NCBI RefSeq assembly: GCF_006345805.1
Contig: NC_043015.1
Coordinates: 45,942,001-46,006,000, forward strand
Source: Octopus sinensis
Lineage: Eukaryota
Direction: 5' to 3'
Length of the DNA stretch: 64,000 nt
Below, one piece after another: positions 26,328-38,395 of this stretch. The position numbers and the translations under genes are program-made. Each line of letters begins with the position of its first letter. Positions within the stretch are counted from its first letter, which is position 1. The notes under the pieces were generated by a model. It worked only from the letters and a program-made list of their open reading frames with translations, made no database searches and had not been told where the DNA came from.

Positions 26328-26728
26328 GGATCTTTTCGGTTTGACCGGCAGTTTTTTAAAATAATTTCCACGTAACTAAACACTTTAAAACTTCGTATAC
26401 TGGTAGAATGTGTTTATAAAACATCTTTTTCTCTTGGCTTTATTGAGAAAATTCTATAGTTTGTAAGATATTTGTCGTTTTTTTTCTTCAATTTCTGCAA
26501 TTTCAACCAATTAATGACGTCTATTGAGGTGAAAACATTGTGCCGTATAAATGTCCCTCGTTTAAGAAACAGATTGGGTTTATTTATATTTGTGAAGAAA
26601 GAAAAGATACCCTCCCCACTAACCTTAAAACAGATTGAAATGCAATAGATCGATACTAGGTCATAATTATGGGCGACAATTTCATATGACACTGCTAGAA
26701 AAAACTGCCGTTCAAACCGAAACGATCC
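26328..26728. mobile_element. MITE of the same GGATC-TIR family, opposite orientation
   Basis: Both TIRs present; perfect 8-bp TSD AAGATTTT (26320-27 and 26729-36). Confidence 0.85.
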
Positions 26729-27815
26729 AAGATTTTACCTCTAGCAGACAAGGGACACAAATAGCCCAAAACCATATGGTCTGGTGATCCCATCCGGTGC
26801 ATATTACATTGATTACCAGCTGGAGGAGGCACCTCCTGGAGTTAAAAACAATAGTGACGCTGATTCTGATTATTGATGTGGCAATAATAAGCATTACTTC
26901 TTGTTGCATATTTCGTTTCTCTTTAATCAATAATTTTGATAATGTTTCCATTTTCTTCTTCATAAGCAATTTCTTAATGATAAAAAAGAGAAAAACATAA
27001 CATTTATACTTTTTGTATTTATCCTGCCCCAGTAATGAAAATGTCTATTAAAATAGTCCGAAAGTTAAATTCGAGCAATAAGTGTTGGAACATGCTATTA
27101 ATGTCACCATATTACTGCAGGGTTTATACTTAATTTAAATACAAAATACAAAGCTATGCTCTAATGGAGTTGGATTCTGTTTTATTGCATTATATTTTGT
27201 CTCTTATGGGCATTGTTGTTAAATTGAAAGAAATACTTGACTGTTCAACACAATTAATTAGAACACCACCATATAATTGCAAAGTTACATAGCTTTGGAT
27301 TAATTTAGCCAAACACAGCACGCTAGGTGGTTGGTTTAAGCTGGTTATTATAGTGTGGCGAGTAATATAATTTAGCTTCTTTTAAACTATATTACCAAAT
27401 AAGCCAATAAAATCTTTACTTTGTGGTTTGTTCTATTTCTGGAGGTGGGGGTGAGAGTTTTGTTTGATTAGATATATTTAAAATAGAACCGGATGTGATA
27501 GATAAAGAAAAATATATATAAAATAATCTAACACTGTTCATTCATCTATTTCGTTTTTTTTTCTTTAAAGCAAAGATAAAAACTTCGATAAAAAAAATAA
27601 TCACAAGGTGATTGCCAAGCAAAAGTTTAAGTACTTAATGAAGTTTGTAATTTTGGAACCCACCTTGCTGGTTTTTATTATAAAGTGATCTGGTTGTGTT
27701 CTGTTAAGTATTAATCACTTAAATTCTCGCGCCAAGATGGAATTTAAAATAAAAATTCTAGGGAGAGCTGAACAATTGAAGGTCTTCATGCAAGTTTTGA
27801 CCCTTCTTACACTCT

Positions 27816-28011
27816 CAGAGGTTCTCAACCATTTGTCTATGAACCCCTTTGATTCCTATTTTATTCTGGTGGACCCCTATAGCCATTCGGTGTTTAAAAA
27901 CTAGTTTTATAGAAACGTATCTAAAGCAAAACTTATTTAGGGGCCCTTCAAATACTATTGTGAATTCCCAATTTACTATTCTGTTGCATGGGTCCCAGTT
28001 GTGAACCCCTG
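27816..28011. mobile_element. hAT-like MITE
   Basis: TIR CAGAGGTTCTCAAC / GTTGTGAACCCCTG; TSD not clean. Confidence 0.6.
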
Positions 28012-29066
28012 CTCTAAGGGGACCATGACTCCAGGGTACCCCTCTACTACTTTGTGTACTAGTCTGCATTGCAGCCCTCCTGGTGCCACGGTACCTTGAA
28101 TATTGTAACAAGATCAGTCTAAGATGTTAGTAGGGTGAATTATACCTTCTGGAAATTTACTTCCATTCCACTTTGACCAGCTCCAGTTGGAAATTTTTTC
28201 AGCTGATTTACCTTCTCCAAGAAAATTAATTTCATGAGATCACATGCAGAATTGTAAATACCTCTGATTTCTGTTGTCCAGTGTACTGGATCTTTCACTG
28301 TCCACTCATTAAACGGGATGAACCTTTCTGAGAATCCTCTTCTCATACGCCCGCAAGTTTAAGACACATAAAATGTGACTACATAAATTTTAACCATTTC
28401 CATTTCATGCTGTATGTCATATGAAATTGTCACCCATAATTATGACCTTAGTATCGATCTATTGCATTTCAATCTCTTTTAGGGTTAGGGGTGGGGGAAG
28501 GGTATCTTTTTTTTCTTCGCAAATGTAAATAAACCCAATCTGTTTCTTAAACGAGGGACATATTCATACGACACAGAATGCTTTTTAACTCAATAGACAT
28601 CATTGATTAGTTGAAATTGCAAAAATTGAAGAAAAAGAAACAACAAATATCTTACAAACTATAGAATTTTCTCAATAAAGCCTAGAGAAAAAGAGGTTTT
28701 ATAAACACATTCTACCAGTATACGAAGTTTAAAATTTTTTAGTTACCTACAAATTATGTTAAAAACTGGCCATTCAACCCCAAAAGATCCTTGCTTTCTA
28801 CATTTTTCTCCCTTCTATAAAATTTAAATGGTTTGTACTTATTGAAGTTTGACACTTCACTCTGTCCATGTCTGAGATACTAAAAGAAGCATTGTTTTTA
28901 TGGGAAAATGAGAGGAATGGAAGATAGTTTTCTAGTTTGCAGATTGCATGCATTGAGTTTTTAGATGGCAGCTAAGCTAAACACTTTATAGAAGTCATTT
29001 TTCAGAAATTGACAGCTTAGGTTAGAATTTTAATTTTTCGTTTTCCATTTTTGTTTTTCTTGACAG

Positions 29067-29084
29067 CACTCGTTAATTCAGAAG
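29067..29084 (+). CDS. candidate 18-nt microexon (xA-L-V-N-S-E) upstream of the 35610 exon
   Basis: About 35-nt pyrimidine tract plus gacag, then CACTCGTTAATTCAGAAG, then gtaaat. Length 3n and no stop in phase 1. No homology support. Confidence 0.4.
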
Positions 29085-29174
29085 GTAAATGGTAGAGAAC
29101 ACACACACACACATGTATATTTGTGTATATGTGTATATTTGTATGTGTATATGTATGTATGTATGTGGGTGTGG

Positions 29175-29206
<32 letters not shown>

Positions 29207-29980
29207 GTGTGTATATGTATACGTAGTAAAGCAGTAGAAAGAAAGAAGGAAAAATGGGTTGCTATTAGTTTAGTTCATTTGTAAATAGGCAGAGATTCTG
29301 GTTGTATCTGTTTCAGGGTGTCTTTTCAAAATGAGGAGTAACATTAGAAACCTATAGCAAATACTCATTTATATTAAGTGAGGAGCTGTCATTCTCGAAA
29401 TGCTCAGAATTTGTGATGCGACAACGTTATATATAAATGCTGTGAACAACATTACAATTCTTTGCTTTTTGGCTCTGTACTTTAAGACAGATTCAACTGC
29501 CTGGTAACTAGATAGCATCGCCTAAACATTCTGCTAAGGCGTAGTATTGAAATTTTCTCGTTGATATAAACTGCTAATGATAAATGGGTCTTTATTAGCT
29601 GAAAGTATTGTCTTTATGAGTAGCAAATAGAACTGTGTGTTTCAACTGAGGTGGCTGTGGCACCTTCTTAGCTTAACTGCCAATTTGTCGAGTTTATAGT
29701 ACAACAATAAATCCCTTAGCTCATCCATTAACCATCCTGCTTTTATTAATGTTTAACGATCAGCTCAATTAACTCTTTAATTCTAATCTACTGAGATTGT
29801 TGTTTCAATGTACAAGTGTTAGATTTAACACTCTGTGTCTCTGTTCACTTATTCATTTGGGGATTCCTGCTGTTTTCTTTGATTCTTGTCTACTTAATCT
29901 CATTCAAAATTTAGTTGAAGTCCTTTATCTGTCAAGGTTTAGAAAGCATTTTCATATCTAATTTGTTTGGAATATTGATA

Positions 29981-30337
29981 CAGGCGCAGGAGTCGCTGTG
30001 TGGTAAGTAGCTTGCTTACCAACCACATGGTTGCTGGTTCAGACCCACTGTGTGGCGCCTTGGGCAAGTGTCTTCTACTATAGCCTCGGGCCGACCAAAG
30101 CCTTGAGTGGATTTGGTAGACGGAAACTGAAAGAAGCCTGTCGTGTATGTGTTTGTGTCTGTGTTTGTCCCCCCCAACATCGCTTGATAACTGATGCTGG
30201 TGTTTACATCCCCGTAACTTAGCGGTTCATCAAGAGACCGATAGAATAAGTCCTGGGGTTGATGTGCTCGACTAAAGGCGGTGCTCCAGCATGGCCGCAG
30301 TCAAATGACTGTAACGAGTAAAAGAGTAAAGAGTGAG
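29981..30337 (+). mobile_element. SINE family A
   Basis: Family consensus match. Confidence 0.85.
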
Positions 30338-30834
30338 AATGTCATTGGCTTTGCTGTTTGAATTGCTTCTTGTACAACACAGCTAAGGTAGTAGTTCTCT
30401 AATTGTAGCTTGAACACTCTTCTTCCTCGGGAGACTGCAAACCGTATGGAAAATCCGAGATATGAGACTCTGATTTGTGCAGTATATAAGGTAACTTTGT
30501 CAGAGTACTTGACAAAGTGTGATTTCCTTAGTTTTGGCATAATCAGCTGTCATTCAACCTCTTAAAAATAATTGCCGAGTTATCCTCTCTCTGTTTTAAC
30601 AACAGAAAGACATAGCCAGCCCCTGGATATGTTACATAGAATTGGTGGGGTACAAAGACTGGTGATCATGGCTGGAACGACTTTGATCATAGACTGTTCA
30701 ACTAGTGCTGACCTCGGGCTAAACACATTCTATGATTTGAGCTTTTGTTCATAAACTCATGATTTAATTACCTTATCCATTTAGCCACTTTTCTCTTGCG
30801 GGTTTCATATAGCATGGTTCTGCAGTCACACATA

Positions 30835-31045
30835 TGGCAGAAACGTTAGCATGCAGGGCAAAATGCTTAGTGGTATTTCGTCTGTCGTTACGTTCTGAGT
30901 TCAAATTCCGCCGAGGTCGACTTTGCCTTTCATCCTTTCGGAGTCGATAAAGAAAGTACCAGTTTTGCACTGGGGTCAGTGTAATCGACTTAATCCCTTT
31001 GCCCTTGTTTGTCCCCTCTATGTTTAGCCCCTTGTGAGCAATAAA
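30835..31045 (+). mobile_element. SINE family B
   Basis: Family consensus match. Confidence 0.75.
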
Positions 31046-32942
31046 TATGTGCATATGCAGGTGTGGGGTTTGGTGTACATGGATCTGTCTGTTTCTGTAT
31101 ATCTTTACTTTGACACTGATTTAAAAAGAACCCACAAAGCAGTTGTCATTTTTCTTGTATCTTAACAGTTCAGCAAACAGAAATCGCTAAAATTAAATAC
31201 TGGGGTTTGTGATTGACACCACCTCAAGGTGGATGCCCCAGCGTGGTCACAGCCCAATGAGTGAAACAAGAGTTCCTATTACAAAGACTAGGAGTTCATT
31301 GATAATTTGTTGTTTAACCTTATGTCACCTCTGGCTGAGCAGGATTACCAAAAACATTCCAGCTGTGGCTATCACTTTTTTCTTTTTTTTTTGTGTGTGT
31401 GCTGGAAACTCATTCATGTCCCTAAGGTAGTTGGCTGTAATCTGAGGAAGATTTGGCTACTACTGTTTCTTATTTATACTTTGTAGCATATGATAGAATT
31501 GGTAGTGCAAAATAAATCAGTTTAATTAGTCCTTCTTAATGTTAGTTCAATTTTCAGTGGCAGTGGGTGGGGGTACCATGTTCCAAAGTTAGGAATTATG
31601 TACATAGTGTTCTTAGCCTTCTGTTGTACCCTAAACATTGCATCACCTGCTGTGAAGTCCTCTCCCTCAATACTACTGAATCAGGTATCATTAGGTAAAG
31701 GAGGGAGTAGCATTTACTCATGTTATATATATATATATAACAAGTGAATAGTTTATCAAAATCAAATACCCTCACCTGGGCAACCTAGCTAGGGTTGATC
31801 ACTCCATCCTAGAATTGCATCCCACCAACAACAGTTCATGATGCAACCCTCTTAACCCATATATACCCATAAAAAATAGTCTAAAATTTCACTGTATTTA
31901 GATCAAACGTTATGGTAAGCTTTCACAGTCTGGAAGAGAAGGACAGTATGCAGCTGTTAGCTATGGGTGTCGACTACATTATCATCATCGTTTAATGTCC
32001 GCTTTCCATACTAGCATGGGTTGGACGAATGACTGAGGGCTGCACCAGGCTTCAATCTTGATCTGGCAGAGTTTCTACAGTTGGATGCCCTTCCTAAGCC
32101 AACCTCTCCGAGAGTAGTGGGTGCTTTTACGTACCACCGGCACAGGGTCAGCCAGGCGGCACTAGCAACGACCTCGCTTGAATCTTTTACACATGCCACC
32201 GGCACAGGTGCCAGTAAGGCTATGCTACTGAACATTTCGTATGCTCAGTCAGTTGCTTCCTAGCGAGTTCATATCCAAACAAGCAGGAGCAGGTTTTGTG
32301 TTACGAAAGCACAACCAGGGGTATATATATGGGTTAATCCAGAGCTATCTGGGGGCTTTATCTGTAGCTTCACATGTAGGACTGAAGGGGTTCCCTTCTT
32401 TCAAGTGCAATTGGATGAGTACTTTGCAGAGTGAGTGCCCTGCAAAACGTCTCCAAACCATCTCTGTAATCTGGAGATTTTCCCCCTACATGATCTGCTT
32501 AACTTTTTACAGCTGATTTATACCCAAACAAATGGATCTTTCATCAGACTTCAGCAATGAATATCCCAATTGTCTGATGAACTGGACTACCTGCTTGTTA
32601 AATTTAATTTTAAATGGCCGAGTATTCTACATACTAGTACTCTTGACCCTTTAGCATTCAGATTACATTGTCAGAATGACATTGCAGGGTAAGTGTAAGA
32701 AGCTGGATATGGCTGGTTTAATCCTTTAGCATTTAAACCGGCCATATCCGGTCAAAAGTATTCTGCCTGTTTTATGTTCAAACTGGCCAGATCTGGTCTC
32801 TCACACCAGCCCTACAATATCTTTTTAAAAATTAACAGCTACCTTGTCAAAATCTCATCACTACAAGATAATGCACGATTAGTTCAAACAATGTGGATAA
32901 AAAAGGATTAATTTTGGCAGAATAATGCGAATACTCTATACT

Positions 32943-33340
32943 CTCTCTTTTACTTGTTTCAGTCATTTGATTGCAGTCATGCTGGAGCACCACTTTTAAT
33001 CGAGCAACTCGACCCCGGGACTTATTCTCTTGTAAGCCCAGTACTTATTCTATCGGTCTCTTTTGCCGAACCGCTAAGTAACGGGGACATAAACACACCA
33101 GCATCGGTTGTCAAGCAATGCTAGGGGGACAAACACAGACACACAAACACACTAACATATATATGCATATATACGACGGGCTTCTTTCAGTTTCCGTCTA
33201 CCAAATCCACTCACAAGGCTTTGGTCGGCTTGAGGCTATAGTAGAAGACACTTGCCCAAGGTGTCCCATGCAGTGGAAGTGAACCCGGAACCATGTGGTT
33301 GGTAAGCAAGCTACTTACCACACACAGCAACTCACACTAT
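32943..33340 (-). mobile_element. SINE family A, full length
   Basis: Reverse complement of the family consensus. Confidence 0.85.
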
Positions 33341-33749
33341 AGGGATAAACTTAATCCCTCCAGCAGGACTGGTGGAATAACACAATGTCTAAGACCAGGT
33401 TTTTGAAGCCTGTTACAGTCTGACAGGATTTTTGCACAGTTTCCATTTTCCTAATTTTCACTCTTGTTTAGATCAACTCAAAAGCTGTTGTTGGTGCCAT
33501 ACAGTCCTTGAATTATAGATCTGTAGATTTCTGCTGTTATCACCACTCCTCGGCTCTCCATAGATTACAAATTATTAATAGAATGGTATAAATAGATCAA
33601 CAGTAACGTATGATGGTGTTAAAAGTTGTTCAAGTGTCAAACATCGAAATTCGGCCAAGTCCAGAATCGTAGTTTAACCGTAGGTCAGTCCTGATGAAGC
33701 AGATCTATGATCAAGTGTTTTAGAATTGTGACCATCCTGCCTCTCTTAA

Positions 33750-35005
33750 CCCTTTCATTACTGCATTTATTTTGAGATGCTCTGTGTTTCTTTCAATTAT
33801 TTTAAATGTAACAAAGATTTTAGTAAAATAATTTAATTACCATTAAGCTAGTGTTAGGAACATAAATTGCGACTGAGGTTTGGTAGTATATTTTAATGAA
33901 AAACTTAAAACAAGTCACTTGTACTACTGAGCCAGAGCCGGTTTCGGCCGGGTTGGTAATGAAAGGGTTAAAGGTAGTAAATCTACGTTTTATGTAATGC
34001 CCCTTTCCTCTTAACCCTTTCGTTACTGAATTTATTTTGAGGGGTTCTGTGTTTCTTTCAATTACATTAAATATAACAAAGAATTTCGTGAAATAACTTA
34101 GTTATCATTCAGCTAGTGTTAGGAACATAAATTGTGACGAAGGTTTGGTGGAAGATTTTAATTCACAACTTATGGAAACAAGGCATTTGTACTACAGAGC
34201 CAGAGCCGGTTTCAGCCGGGTTGGTAACGAAAGGGTTCATTTATAGACAGTACAGCGTTGTGGTTTCAGAGGCAATTTGGTTGCTTTTTCTAGCTGGTTA
34301 AAACAACCGCATAGAGGCTTCCTCAATGGATTTGTGATGTTGTATATCTAAATTGTGACGAAGGTTTGGTGGAAGGTTTTATTTCAAAACTTATGAAAAC
34401 AAGGCATTTGTACGCCAGAGCCGGTTTCAGCCGGGCTGGTAATGAAAGGGTTAATTTATAGACAGTACAGCGTTGTGGTTTCAGAGGCAATTTGGTTGCT
34501 TTTTCTAGCTGGTTAAAACAACCGCATAGAGGCTTCCTCAATGGAATTGTAATGTTGTATATCTAAATTGTGACTAAGGTTTGGTGGAAGATTTTATTTC
34601 ATAACTTATGAAAACAAGGCATTTGTACTACAGAGCCAGAGCCGGTTTCAGCCAGGCTGGTAACGAAAAGGTTAATTTATCGACAGTACAGTGTTGTGGT
34701 TTCAGAGGCAATTTGGTTGCTTTTACTAGCTGGTTAAAACAACCTCATAGAGGCTTCCTCAATGGATTTTTTTAATGTTGTATATCTAAATTGTGACTAA
34801 GGTTTGGTGGAAGATTTTATTTCAAAATTTATGAAAACAGGCATTTGTACTACAGAGCCAGTTTCAGCCGTGCTGGTAACGAAAGGGTTAATTTATAGAC
34901 AGTACAGTAGTGTTGTGGTTTCAGAGGCAATTTGGTTGCTTTTTCTAACTGGTTAAAACAACCGCATAGCAGTTTCCTCAATGGATTATTTTAATGTTGT
35001 ATATC
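33750..35005. repeat. two family-1 MITEs (33750-33967, 34015-34235) followed by a ~215-bp-period tandem array of spacer plus half-MITE
   Basis: Spacer 'tttatagacagtacagcgttgtgg...' restarts at ~34241, 34456, 34677 and 34893. Confidence 0.85.
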
Positions 35006-35609
35006 ATAGGCACGCGTGTGTGCACACACACACACACCATCTTTTTTTTTTTTTGTCTTTGTCTTTTTTGAATCCTCTGTATATGTGTGTGTGTGTGTGT
35101 GTGTGTGAGATAATTGTCTACCATTTAACTTGTAATGACAGTAATTTTCGCGTGGCTCGTGCCCTCTTCTGACAAGTTGTTTGCCAACAACCGCCAGTTA
35201 ATTTCTCTCCATTTCATGCCCCTGTAAAGGTCATTCTCTTCAGTTTGAATGTCACAGTTCTCTCTCTTAACTGATCAAATTAGTTCTCTATTAGCTCTCT
35301 CAATTTATGCTATTTTATGTACGTTTGTCCCATATATATATATAGAGTCTGTGTGTATAAAATAAACACGCACATTCATAATGGCACTTGTTTAAGCATT
35401 TATCAGTGTATTTAGATTTGATTGCTGCTGTTTTTTTTTTTTGCTTTTTATCTATTTCCTATAAAATTGTTTTGTTTTTGTTTCTTTGTATAATTTTTTT
35501 TTATATATCTTAGTTTGCATTTTTTTTTGGTTTTATTTTATTTTCCGTGTCTTTCTATTTTTCTGTTTGCTAATTTTTTTTTTCCTTTTTTTTTTTTAAT
35601 CTTCTGCAG

Positions 35610-35743
35610 AGATCGCACGGATACGATCCTCATTGTTCCATCACAAAGGAAACAGCAGGGAATCTTTACCCTTACCTGCATCAGATGGTCAAGCAGTCAC
35701 ATTATCACAGAAACTTTATGTACCTGTCAAAGAACACCCTGAT
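35610..35743 (+). CDS. QKI: quaking exon: end of QUA1, linker and start of KH ((E)IARIRSSLFHHKGNSRESLPLPASDGQAVTLSQKLYVPVKEHPD)
   Basis: Long T tract plus ctgcag acceptor (AG 35608-9), donor GAT|gtaagt, 134 nt, phase 1 to 0. Resembles HOW/QKI 'EISRVR...KLYVPVKEYPD'. Confidence 0.93.
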
Positions 35744-35820
35744 GTAAGTATCATACCCCCTTATTTCTGCTTGGTTATGTCATTGTTCTACCATGCCTCC
35801 CCACTAAATATATCATTTAA

Positions 35821-36039
35821 CCCTTTAGCGTTCAGATTATTCTATCAAACATAATGCTTATTCATTCCCATTGATTTGAATTAATCATGCATTATCTCAT
35901 ATCTTCAAGATCTTGATGGTGTAATTACCTAATGTAGAATAACATTGTAGGGTAGGTGTGAGAGCCTGGATCTGGTCAGTTTGAACAGAAAACAGATTAA
36001 ATATTTTGGCCGGATATGGCCAGTTTAAATACTAAAGGG
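35821..36039. mobile_element. piggyBac-type MITE family 2, 77 nt downstream of a quaking exon
   Basis: TTAA at 35817-20 and 36040-43, TIR CCCTTTAG/CTAAAGGG. Confidence 0.85.
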
Positions 36040-36043
36040 TTAA

Positions 36044-36399
36044 CTAGCACTATGACCCAGCAATGCCGGGTCATACTGCTAGTGCATGCATATACAGCTG
36101 CATGCGTGCACACATACGCGAGTACTGTCCAAGTCTCTGACCAATCACATACAGCTAGCTGGCATTCAATTGGCGTATCAAGTTTCGGGCACTTTGATTG
36201 GGTTTTGGATAGAAAATTCACAAATAAGTCACTTCTATTGATTTTTTTTAATGGCTTTGCGGGGTGACTGGGGAAACGTAAAGATGTGCACGACCACCCT
36301 TGGACGGTTTTGAATGACCATAGAAAGTGCGAGCCCTCTGAAAAATTGTGGATTTGTATAAAGGACACACAGACATTTTGCCGTTTATATATATGGAGA
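36044..36399 (-). mobile_element. non-autonomous Helitron
   Basis: A|TC...hairpin TATGACCC..GGGTCATA...CTAG|T on the - strand. Confidence 0.8.
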
Positions 36400-36750
36400 T
36401 GTCCACTTTTCCGTGCTTTCATGGGCCAGACAATAGAATTTGTTGAGGTAGATTTTCTAGTTTGATACTTTTCCTGTCACCAATTCTCACCTGTTTTCCG
36501 AGTAAGGTAGTACTTTCCCATAGTTTTTTTTGGAAGACTGGGGGCAAAAAAAACCACCCTTACTTGTATGATGACGATGCTCATTTACAACCATCACATA
36601 CAGTCAAGACGAGTACCCACTCACGCATACACAAGCTTCTTTCAGTTTCCATCTGCCATATCCACTTACAAAGCTCTGATTAGCTCAGTGCTATAGTAGA
36701 CCAACCTAAGGTACTACACTATGGTAGTGAACCTGAGATTACATAATTAC

Positions 36751-37147
36751 ATAGGCGCAGGAGTGGCTGTGTGGTAAGTACCTTGTTTACCAACCACATG
36801 GTTCCGGGTTCAGTCCCACTGCGTAGCACCTTGGGCAAGTGTGTTCTACTATAGCCTCGGGCCAACCAAAGCCTTGTGAGTGGATTTGGTAGACGGAAAC
36901 TGAAAGAAGCCCGTCGTATATGTGTGTGTGTATGCGTGTGTGTTTGTGTGTCTGTGTTTGTCCCCCTAGCATTGCTTGACAACCGATGCTGGTGTGTTTG
37001 TGTCCCCGTTACTTAGCAGTTCTGCAAAAGAGACCGATAGAATAAGTACTGGGCTTACAAAAGAATAAGTCCCGGGGTCGAGTTGCTCGATTAAAGGCGG
37101 TACTCCAGCATGGCCGCAGTCAAATGACTGAAACAAGTAAAAGAGAG
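36751..37147 (+). mobile_element. SINE family A, full length
   Basis: Family consensus match. Confidence 0.87.
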
Positions 37148-37393
37148 AATTGAAAAGCAAGCTTTTTAACCACACAGCCATGCCTGCATTTTTTTTCCCC
37201 ACCCCACAGACACCCAACCTTTGTTTCCAAGTATAGCAACTTTATTCCAATGGTCATTTGCTTGTTGAACAACTATGGTGTGGGACATAAACATCACTGC
37301 AGCCCAGGCAGTATCAAAGGTTAAGCACACGGACAGCCAACACACACATCTGCACAACTGGCTTCCATACAGTTTCGGCTAAATTTTACTCAT

Positions 37394-37508
37394 TGGGTAT
37401 TTGTGAACCCAAAGCCATAGGGGATACTTCGACCCCCTAAGTGTTATGCAGTGGGTATTTGTGAACCCAAAGCCATAGGGGATACTTCGACCCCCTAAGT
37501 GTTATGCA
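37394..37508 (+). repeat. perfect 57-bp direct duplication (period 58)
   Basis: tgggtatttgtgaacccaaagcc...gtgttatgca occurs twice. Confidence 0.9.
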
Positions 37509-38176
37509 ATAGTATCAAACCTGAAACTGTGATTGTAAAGTGCAACAGGAAGGGTTTCCGTCCATAGAAAATTTGCTTCAACAAATTCCACCCGGCTCGT
37601 GTAAGGAAAATGGATATTAAAATGGTGATCTACACGACACCGATTCTTTTGTATAATTTTTTTGGAGAAGGGCCAGAAATCATTCTAGTGTATCTACCTT
37701 TCAGTTAAACTGAAACATTTGTGGTACCTGGTGCAAGTTTCTCATTCCACCGAGGTTGACTTTGCCTGTCGTTCTTTTGGTGTCAATAAAATAATCATCA
37801 GTTAAGCACTGGGGTCTCTCCCCAGAACTTTACTGGCCTTGTGCCAAAATTTGAAACCAATTATTATTATTATTATTATTATTGGAGCAAGCTGGCAGAA
37901 ATGTTAGCATGCCAGACAAAATACTTAGCAGTAGTTCATCCGTTGTTTCATTCTGAATTCGAATTCCACCAAGGTTGGCTTTACCTTTCATCCTTTTGGG
38001 GTTGATAAAATAAGCACCAGTCAAGTAGTGGGGTCAAAGTAACACTTACCCCCTCCCTAACAAAATTTCCATGCCTTGTGCCTATAATGTAAAGGATCAT
38101 TGTATCTGATGACATAATACACAAGGGCATATTATATGCAGCCCAATTCTATCAGTGCATTTTTTAGTGCATTTAA

Positions 38177-38395
38177 CCCTTTCATTACTGTATTTACTTT
38201 GAGATGCTCAATATTTCTTTCAATTACTTTAAATATAACAAAAAATTTAGTAAAATAACTTAGTTATCATTAAGCTCGTGTTAGGAATATAAATTGTGAC
38301 TAAGGTTTGGTGGAAGATTTTAATTCAAAACTTATGAAAACAAGACATTTGTACTCAGAGCCAGGGCCAGTTTCAGCCGGGTTGTAACAAAAGGG
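38177..38395. mobile_element. piggyBac-type MITE family 1
   Basis: TTAA at 38173-76 and 38396-99. Confidence 0.85.

Noticed and set aside
27725-27815. gcgccaagATGG Kozak/YY1-like start followed by a short ORF (MEFKIKILGRAEQL...)
   Set aside because: No recognisable similarity and it runs into a hAT MITE.
34120-35005. Regularly spaced repeats superficially like a CRISPR array
   Set aside because: The 'spacers' are near-identical, the units are ~215 bp and MITE-derived, and the context is eukaryotic with no cas genes.
1-35609. First coding exon (N-terminal QUA1, expected to end ...LLDE-G|gt)
   Set aside because: No matching peptide or junction found by eye. It probably lies upstream of the window, but a short divergent exon could have been missed.
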